Below, one piece after another: positions 57,557 through 64,000 of a stretch of 64,000 bases of DNA. Location: assembly GCA_963797095.1 (NCBI GenBank), contig CAWCNY010000004.1, forward strand, positions 128,001 through 192,000. The letters are read 5' to 3'. The notes below the pieces were generated by a model. That model saw nothing but the letters and a program-made list of their open reading frames with translations, was not told where the DNA came from and did not search any database. Source of the stretch: an uncultured Chloroflexia bacterium (lineage in GTDB: Bacteria; Chloroflexota; Chloroflexia; QHBQ01; JADMIH01). Within the stretch, counting starts at the first letter, position 1. Each line of letters begins with the position of its first letter. Both the position numbers and the translations under genes were made by a program.

Positions 57557-57735
57557 GTGAGCACCTGGCGGGTTTTACAGACATTTAACATTGCTCTAAC
57601 CAAAGCAGGCCCAAACTGACTTACAATGAAATTGACGGCGAACAAATAGACGCCGGAATAACCGGGCGCTAAGCCTGTGGTAAATTGGTCCGGCATATAA
57701 GTGCCGTTTGAAATGAACGGAGGCATCACAAAAGA

Positions 57736-58728
57736 ATGAAAACAAGAATCATCGCAGGAATAAGCATAGTTGTGGCTACTATCGTTGCCTTGGGCGTCTT
57801 TGGGGCTGTTGTGGTTAGCGCTCAGGTGCCCACTCCCGCACCAGGCACGGCGACGCCGCCCGCAGCGGGCCAGCCTGTTAGGTTAGCGGGCAAGGTTAGC
57901 TCCGTAGCAACGGGCAGCCTTGTGCTGAATACGCGGGGTGGAGATATTACCGTCAATGTAGGAGCCAACACCTTCATTGTGATCAAGCAAAACGGTACGC
58001 CGGCGCAGGGTACGTTAGCCGATCTCACAACCGACAAGGCAACAGTGGTAGTAGGCGTGGCGACAAGCGATCCCATAGTGGTCGACGCTCGAATGATCAC
58101 ACAGGGGGCGCTGACCAATGGCGCTGTCGCCAGATTCCTGGCTAACCATCCGAAGGTACGAGCAGCTATAGAGCACATAGCAGCAGGCACTATCACTGCT
58201 ATCAACGGGAACACAATTACCTTGCAAGGGGTGAAAGTGCCCAGCGTAACAGTACAGACGAGCGACAATACTGTGGTGCTGAACAATGGGTTCACCGCTG
58301 TTAGCTCATTGAAGGTGGGCGACAAGGTGACGGTACTGGGCGCTTCGGCGGGACCGGCAGCCAACACTCCTCCCGGGCGGGGCGCTAGAGCACAGGTGCC
58401 TCAGAGCCGCACTATCAACGCCTGGGGTCTGCATGTCGACAATGGCACCACTCAGGTGTCAGCGGCGCGGGTTGACACGGTGAACGGTGACACGCTTAGC
58501 GTCAAGACTTTGAAGAACCGAGATGGCGCGACGATCCAACTCGACGGAAATACCGAATACAGGTCACTTACTGTCTCGGTGGCAAATCGCAACGCCAGCC
58601 TGGCACAAGCTTCGCAGTCCGACATACGGGCCGGTAGCAACCTCATTGTCGAAGGCGTGGCAAGCAGCGACGGCAAGACGATCACGGCTAAAGCGGTGAT
58701 TATCCTGCCTGGCGGCAAGGCTCGATAG
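57736..58728 (+). CDS. Secreted protein with repeated OB-like (DUF5666-type) domains
   Basis: Signal peptide; three repeats of G.V..V.G...T..V...T....LKVGDKV.V.G. Confidence 0.7.
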   Translation: MKTRIIAGISIVVATIVALGVFGAVVVSAQVPTPAPGTATPPAAGQPVRLAGKVSSVATGSLVLNTRGGDITVNVGANTFIVIKQNGTPAQGTLADLTTDKATVVVGVATSDPIVVDARMITQGALTNGAVARFLANHPKVRAAIEHIAAGTITAINGNTITLQGVKVPSVTVQTSDNTVVLNNGFTAVSSLKVGDKVTVLGASAGPAANTPPGRGARAQVPQSRTINAWGLHVDNGTTQVSAARVDTVNGDTLSVKTLKNRDGATIQLDGNTEYRSLTVSVANRNASLAQASQSDIRAGSNLIVEGVASSDGKTITAKAVIILPGGKAR

Positions 58729-58774
58729 ACTAGACTGAACGAGGTACACCCGAATATGGGGCGCTCAAGCATCA

Positions 58775-58813
58775 AAAATGGAGATTGGCGGACAGATCGC
58801 CAATCTCCATTTT
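58775..58813. terminator. Bidirectional intrinsic terminator
   Basis: AAAATGGAGATTGGCG / CGCCAATCTCCATTTT perfect inverted repeat between convergent genes. Confidence 0.85.
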
Positions 58814-58852
58814 CAGTACCGGATTATGTGCTTGCAAGCAGCTTGGGCATGA

Positions 58853-59653
58853 TTATGGGTTGGCAAACTGACCCACGGCAATCACGTCGGTTGGGGTATC
58901 GACGCCCGGTGCGTCCTCGATGCTGACGGCAAATCCAGCATAAGTGCTGACATTTTGCGGGGTGGGCGTTTGGTAACGCGTTTGGCCTGCATTGGCAGCA
59001 GCGAACGTTCCGGAGGGGATCGGGTTACCTGCTGTTGGCACGATCCAGAACTCGAAGACCTTGCCCGTGGGTATGTTTGGGAGGCCGTCAGCCAGCAGCA
59101 CTGCGTCGTTGCGATCAGGATTGTACAAAACGAAGATGTTAGCTTGAGTTGTGCCCTGGGGCGCAAGTTGCACTACTTTGTAGCCTTCTGGGATGCCGGC
59201 GGGGCCGCGACCAAAGAAGGCCCAGAGACCCACAACAAGGATGAGCGCAGCCGCCACCGCGCCTACAGAGGCGATCAAGATGTTGCGCCTCCGCTCACGA
59301 TAATCATCCAAAGACACAGGTGGCGTTGCGGTTGTCGCAGGGGAAGATATGGGAGTCGGCGCGCTTGCGGGTTGTAGTGCAGGTTGAATTGTGGTCGCGG
59401 GCGCGGTCTCCTGCGGAGTGGCACCAATGCGGGCCATCAAGCGGCTCTTATGACCCTGCGGAGGCTCGGCCGAGGGCGCAGAAGCGCCAAGCCAACCCAC
59501 CACCTGCTCATAGTGATGCGCGAGCAGGACATGCTGGCGGCACTCGGCCAGGTTTGCCTCAAACTCTGCCGCCTCGCCGGATTCCATCACGCCCAGCGAG
59601 TAATCGATTAGTTGTTCTTCCCAGCCATCCTCGCGGATGTTCGACGTGTCCAT
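58853..59653 (-). CDS. Anti-sigma factor, RskA family
   Basis: N-terminal anti-sigma domain, one TM, LP..P.GK.FEFW, FAVSIE..PG...PT. Confidence 0.88.
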   Translation of the reverse strand: MDTSNIREDGWEEQLIDYSLGVMESGEAAEFEANLAECRQHVLLAHHYEQVVGWLGASAPSAEPPQGHKSRLMARIGATPQETAPATTIQPALQPASAPTPISSPATTATPPVSLDDYRERRRNILIASVGAVAAALILVVGLWAFFGRGPAGIPEGYKVVQLAPQGTTQANIFVLYNPDRNDAVLLADGLPNIPTGKVFEFWIVPTAGNPIPSGTFAAANAGQTRYQTPTPQNVSTYAGFAVSIEDAPGVDTPTDVIAVGQFANP

Positions 59654-59682
59654 GATATGTGTAAGTAAAGTCCTTTAGTAAA

Positions 59683-60267
59683 TCAGTCAGTAAGCAGGCC
59701 ATACGGTTCCAGGAGGAGCCGCAAGCTCTGCATGCCAAGTCTGATGCGTGTTTTTACTGTACCTAACGGTTGGCCGAGCCTGGCAGCGATCTGGCTGTGC
59801 GACAGACCTGCGAAGTAGGCCAATTCGAGAACCTGCCGCTGATTTTGCGGTATCTGTGCGAGAGCAGCGCGCACAGCACCTTGCTGCTCCCGGGTCCATA
59901 CCTGGTCCAGGGGTAGCGGCTCAGGGGCCTGGGCCGTAGTGAGTACGTTGCCCGTGGCAGGGTCTTCCAGGGCGACTTCGGTACGCGAGCGGCGACGCAG
60001 CTCATCAATGCAGCGATGATGAACCAGGCTCAGCAACCAGCTGGCAAACTTCCCCTTTTGCGCAGAGTAGCTGGACGGTTGGGTCCAGATCTTGAGGAAT
60101 ATCTCCTGCACTACTTCTTCACAAAGAGCAGGTTCGCCCAGAATCCTCAACGCAAGACCAAAGCACTGCCTGACGTAGCGTTCGTAGAGTTCTTCGAGGG
60201 CAGCCGCATTGGCGGCTGCGATCATCACGAGTAGATGCTCGTCGGAGATCTCTTTAAGGTCTTCCAT
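59683..60267 (-). CDS. ECF sigma factor, SigK-like
   Basis: ALEELYERY, EEVVQE.F..IW, LAYF.GLSHSQIA..L..PLGTVKTRIR; upstream AAATCC-N16-CGTA resembles an ECF promoter. Confidence 0.92.
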   Translation of the reverse strand: MEDLKEISDEHLLVMIAAANAAALEELYERYVRQCFGLALRILGEPALCEEVVQEIFLKIWTQPSSYSAQKGKFASWLLSLVHHRCIDELRRRSRTEVALEDPATGNVLTTAQAPEPLPLDQVWTREQQGAVRAALAQIPQNQRQVLELAYFAGLSHSQIAARLGQPLGTVKTRIRLGMQSLRLLLEPYGLLTD

Positions 60268-60634
60268 GCAATCAGTGGCCTTGTGTAAAGTATACGAGAT
60301 TATAGCCGAAGCGGATTTCGCGTGCAAACAAGTTTGAAGAGTGATTTTGCCGATAAAAGGAGGGCGATTCGAGGATGCCGGGTAAGAAGTAATGGAGTAT
60401 AATTAGACAGTTCTCCCCGAAGCGGCGGCTGGTTGCTAGAAAGGAGTGCCTGTTGGCTGTTCTTCTTCCTGTTGGGAGGACGGTATTAGCCAATCCTGCC
60501 TCGAAGAATTAGGACATATGTAACCCGTTTGTGCGGTTGACCACACCCCATCGTTCTTGCTAAGATGGACTATGCAGGTCCTAGCCTTTTTAGTAGCGCC
60601 AGATTGCCGTATCTAGAACCAGATCGAAACTAGA

Positions 60635-62857
60635 TTGTTGACACAACCTACAAACAGGGCGCAATCACATGCCCTCGGAGCCGCCAAGGTCACCGAACTG
60701 GTCGAAAGACTACGTTGGGTAATTGGCATCCGATGGACTGTGGTTGTTGCGCTCATTTTGGTAGCGATTGCCAGTCCATGGCTATCTAACCTGAGCACGA
60801 CCTTCGCAGGTTCCAATCCGCTAATTCACCTGAGCCTGGCTCTCTTCGTAACAGCATATAACACCGCGTATTTGCTCGGCTCGCGCATGCCGGAGTTCGG
60901 TCGAACCCGTGTGACATACTGGCTCATACTTGCGCAGGTGCCCCTGGACATTCTGGTGTTCACAGCTATAGTGCGATGGTCGGGTGGCGTGACCGGGCCG
61001 GTGTTCGTTCTCTACTTCCTGTATATTTTCGTGGGTTTGGCGATCCTGCCTCCCAAGGGGACGTACTTTGTTGCCGGTTTCTCGGCGCTATGCTACGGCG
61101 TACTTGCCTTTCTCGAAGCAATGTGGATTAAGCCCATAGTGACGGGCGACAGCACCGTGGCTCGGGTTATCCCCGACAAGGTGTACCTGGGCTATTTTCT
61201 CACTGTTGCGGCCACCCTCTTGATTACCGCATATATCGCTAACTATTTCTCAGGTCTTCTTACCAGAGACGAACGAACCATACGCGGGCAATTGAGCGAG
61301 CTTAACGCGCTCTATTCAGTGACTAGAAGCGTGGCGGGCACGCTGGATGGCGACGACGTGGCGCGAACTATAGTTATGAGAGCTATGGACCTGGACGATG
61401 CCAGCGCTTGTTCTCTGATATTGTTCAACGATCAAGGCGAAGGGGTAGTGGTAGCCTCGCGGGGCTTCACGCCTGAGCAATCGCGAGAAGCACTCGGCAA
61501 TGTCCTGCAACGCGATCACCCGATTGTGGCACGAGTCCTTTCTGATCGTAGGGGCATATATGCGCCCAGCGTGGAGCAGGACTCGGAGTTGAAATTTATC
61601 CTTCAGCGACCCAGCACTAAATCTTTCTATTCCGTACCCCTGTACAATGAAAGCAGGTTGATCGGGACTCTCAACCTTAGCTTCGACAGGCTCTTTACAA
61701 TGCCCGTGCACAGGTGGAATCTGCTCAGCGCGATGACGCAACAAGCGGCTTTCGCAATAGAGCGTGCGCGCCTGCTGACCGATGCACAACGCGCCGCCAG
61801 AGAGATGACAGGTCTCTATCATATCGGGTTGGCGACTACATCTTCGCTCGATATTGATGAAGTGCTGCATTTGATCTATGAGCAGGTGAACCGGGTGGTG
61901 CACCCAGATACCTTCTATATAGCGCTTTTTGACGAAGATGCTTACGAGCTAAAGTACGATATCTTCATCGAGCAGAACCAGGCGTTGCCGCCCTTCAAGC
62001 AGAGGCTGGACAACTCAGGCATCTCAGGGTGGGTAGTGCGCAACCGCAAGCCGATTTTCATCCGGCACTGGGACATGGAGATCGAGCAGTTGCCTTTTGA
62101 GGCGAACATCGTGGGGGTCGCGACCCAGTCACTCATCACCGCGCCATTATTCGCCAAGAACAAGATCGTGGGTGTGATGTCGGTGCAGGCAGTATCGCCC
62201 AGCGCCTTCGACCAGAACCACCTGCGTCTGCTGACATCAATCGCCGGTCAGGCAGCCCTCGCGCTGGAAAACGCCCGCCTGCATGCTACGGTGAACGAGC
62301 AAGCACAGCGCGATGCACTTACTGGTGTGTTCCATCACGGGAGTTTTATATCTAAGCTCCAGGCGGCGCTCAAGCAGGCTCACGCCGAACGTCAGACGGT
62401 CAGCCTCGTTATGCTCGACATCGACAAGTTCAAGCAATACAACGACACGTACGGTCACCTAGTGGGCGATGATGTACTGCGCAGCGCCGTGGTCGCTATC
62501 CAGAACCATTTGAAGAGCACTGATGTGGTAGGACGCTGGGGCGGCGAGGAGTTCGGTATTGTGCTTCCAGGCGTAACCAGGATCCAGGCGCGCCAGATCG
62601 CCGAAAGAATCCGCCTGACACTGGCTCGCAATCCCGTGCGCGACCTGCATGGCCGGGCCATTCCCGCGCCCACCGTCAGCCAGGGTATTGCCATGTACCC
62701 CGAAGACGCCAACAACATAGAAGACCTGATAGATAAGGCCGATTCGGCGCTCTTCCACGCGAAAGACCAGGGACGCAACCAGATTGCGGAGTGGATAGAG
62801 ATTCACGAGCAGCACGGAGTGCTCCCTGCGGAGCAGCAGGCGGTGCCCGCCCATTGA
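60635..62857 (+). CDS. Membrane sensor diguanylate cyclase (TM-GAF-GAF-GGDEF)
   Basis: About 6 TMs, two GAF domains, DALTG, DIDKFKQYND.YGH..GD, RWGGEEF. Confidence 0.93.
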   Translation: MLTQPTNRAQSHALGAAKVTELVERLRWVIGIRWTVVVALILVAIASPWLSNLSTTFAGSNPLIHLSLALFVTAYNTAYLLGSRMPEFGRTRVTYWLILAQVPLDILVFTAIVRWSGGVTGPVFVLYFLYIFVGLAILPPKGTYFVAGFSALCYGVLAFLEAMWIKPIVTGDSTVARVIPDKVYLGYFLTVAATLLITAYIANYFSGLLTRDERTIRGQLSELNALYSVTRSVAGTLDGDDVARTIVMRAMDLDDASACSLILFNDQGEGVVVASRGFTPEQSREALGNVLQRDHPIVARVLSDRRGIYAPSVEQDSELKFILQRPSTKSFYSVPLYNESRLIGTLNLSFDRLFTMPVHRWNLLSAMTQQAAFAIERARLLTDAQRAAREMTGLYHIGLATTSSLDIDEVLHLIYEQVNRVVHPDTFYIALFDEDAYELKYDIFIEQNQALPPFKQRLDNSGISGWVVRNRKPIFIRHWDMEIEQLPFEANIVGVATQSLITAPLFAKNKIVGVMSVQAVSPSAFDQNHLRLLTSIAGQAALALENARLHATVNEQAQRDALTGVFHHGSFISKLQAALKQAHAERQTVSLVMLDIDKFKQYNDTYGHLVGDDVLRSAVVAIQNHLKSTDVVGRWGGEEFGIVLPGVTRIQARQIAERIRLTLARNPVRDLHGRAIPAPTVSQGIAMYPEDANNIEDLIDKADSALFHAKDQGRNQIAEWIEIHEQHGVLPAEQQAVPAH

Positions 62858-62983
62858 TGCGATACGACGCACCAGTGGAGCATAGCGATCGGTTGCGCAA
62901 CCTCAATCGGATTACTTATAATGGCTGGGCGGTGAGTGCCCAGCCATTACGATTTTCCGCCATTATCTCACCTAAAGGATACC

Positions 62984-63838
62984 ATGACTTACCACAATAA
63001 CGGCCATACAAGCGAAAGCACCCGCCAAGCAGATGAAGTTGCGTTACCGGACGATGCAGTAAAGTGGGGCAAAGCGGACCTGCATATGCACACCTCTCTG
63101 GGTGATGGGCTTGCCAGCGTTGAGCAGATTTTTGAGTACGTCGAAAACCACACCGACCTGGACATTATTGCGATCACCGATCACGATGACATAAGAGGGG
63201 CCATGCAGGCGATGGAGCTTGCGGAAAAGCGCAAGTGGCGCTTCAAGGTGATACCCGGCACCGAGATCACAACCAGGCAGGGCCACCTTTTGGCGCTGTT
63301 CGTCACCCGCGAGTTCCCGATGCTCAAGTCGCTGGAAGCGAGCGTGGCGGCTGTGTACGAAGCGGGCGGGATGGCAATCGCGCCACACCCCCTGTCATGG
63401 CTTACGACTTCGATACGCGAGAAGTCGCTGCTGCTCCAACACACTACAAAACTCCCCTTTCACGGCATCGAGACCTTCAACCCATCATATGCGGGGCGCG
63501 TTGCACACGGCAGGGTTAAGGAATTAAATGCCACCGTACTTTATCTGCCGGAGTTCGGAGGGTCGGACGCCCATGCCAATTCGATGATCGGCAAGGGCTT
63601 TACGCAATTCCCCGGAAGCACAGTCGAGGACTTGCTTGAGGCGATCAAGGAAAAGACGACTGTCGCCGGCGGCACATTCATGAATTTGCAGGATCACGCC
63701 GTGATCGCGGCACCGAACCTGTGGAAGAGTATGATCGTACACCCGACCTACAAAGTCAGGCGCGCGGTTGCCCGCCGCCTGGGTCTGGGTCATCAGGGGA
63801 AGAGCCTGCCGGGTTCCGGCCCAAGCGTCAACCGTTGA
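62984..63838 (+). CDS. PHP-domain phosphoesterase
   Basis: DLHMHT..GDG, ITDHD, G.EITT..GH, PHP, GSDAH. Confidence 0.9.
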   Translation: MTYHNNGHTSESTRQADEVALPDDAVKWGKADLHMHTSLGDGLASVEQIFEYVENHTDLDIIAITDHDDIRGAMQAMELAEKRKWRFKVIPGTEITTRQGHLLALFVTREFPMLKSLEASVAAVYEAGGMAIAPHPLSWLTTSIREKSLLLQHTTKLPFHGIETFNPSYAGRVAHGRVKELNATVLYLPEFGGSDAHANSMIGKGFTQFPGSTVEDLLEAIKEKTTVAGGTFMNLQDHAVIAAPNLWKSMIVHPTYKVRRAVARRLGLGHQGKSLPGSGPSVNR

Positions 63839-63869
63839 GCCTGCAACCAACATTGTCTATTGACACTCT

Positions 63870-64000
63870 ATGAATATTGGCCTGGTCTCCCCATATGATT
63901 ACGCCACGCAAGGCGGCGTAACCGAGCATATCAAACACCTGTCCGAGCAGTTGCGCCTGATGGGGCACCAGGTGAAAATACTGGCTCCGCTTTCGCTCGA
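63870..64000 (+). CDS. Glycosyltransferase family 4, PimA-like (3'-truncated)
   Basis: [19 protein letters not shown]...L...GHQVKILAP. Confidence 0.8.
   Translation, partial: MNIGLVSPYDYATQGGVTEHIKHLSEQLRLMGHQVKILAPLSL

Noticed and set aside
57640-57700. c-di-GMP-I riboswitch (GGGCGCTAAGCC resembles GGACGCAAAGCC)
   Set aside because: No GGCAAA element, no GNRA loop in P2 and no tetraloop receptor
1-64000. CRISPR array, rRNA, prophage or defence system; long antisense ORFs (e.g. 13706-14596, 14770-15648, 27081-28037)
   Set aside because: No repeat-spacer arrays or hallmark genes seen; long antisense ORFs are shadows of GC-rich genes with clear motifs on the other strand

Overview
A moderately GC-rich bacterial chromosomal window. 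Gene content and protein style suggest Chloroflexota, class Chloroflexia-like, but this is an inference and was not tested. Housekeeping and envelope blocks: aminotransferase, holB, two GT2 genes, system II cytochrome c biogenesis (resB-ccsA), an LCP protein, a MoxR-DUF58-transglutaminase operon, two ECF sigma/anti-sigma pairs, five tRNAs, a sensor kinase/receiver pair, an acyP-ugd-acpS-nnr-alr-pdp-aminopeptidase run, an acyl-CoA synthetase operon and a GAF-GGDEF diguanylate cyclase. Downstream of tRNA-Phe lie a decayed IS982 element, a TetR gene and a complete ~15 kb group 1h (high-affinity, Hhy-type) [NiFe]-hydrogenase cluster. The most interesting signals are not in the ORF track: (1) a ~420-nt, apparently non-coding, heavily structured transcription unit at 4549-5003 behind two tandem DnaA boxes and a consensus sigma70 promoter; (2) two paralogous 36-aa membrane microproteins inside the hydrogenase operon; (3) a regulatory region upstream of the hydrogenase with tandem sigma54-like motifs, a perfect TetR-type palindrome and a tiny C-rich transcript; (4) a stand-alone ~200-nt structured unit encoding a 17-aa peptide; (5) a terminator between tRNA-Gly and tRNA-Leu(UAA). 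No CRISPR array, rRNA or prophage was seen. All structure and motif calls were made by eye.
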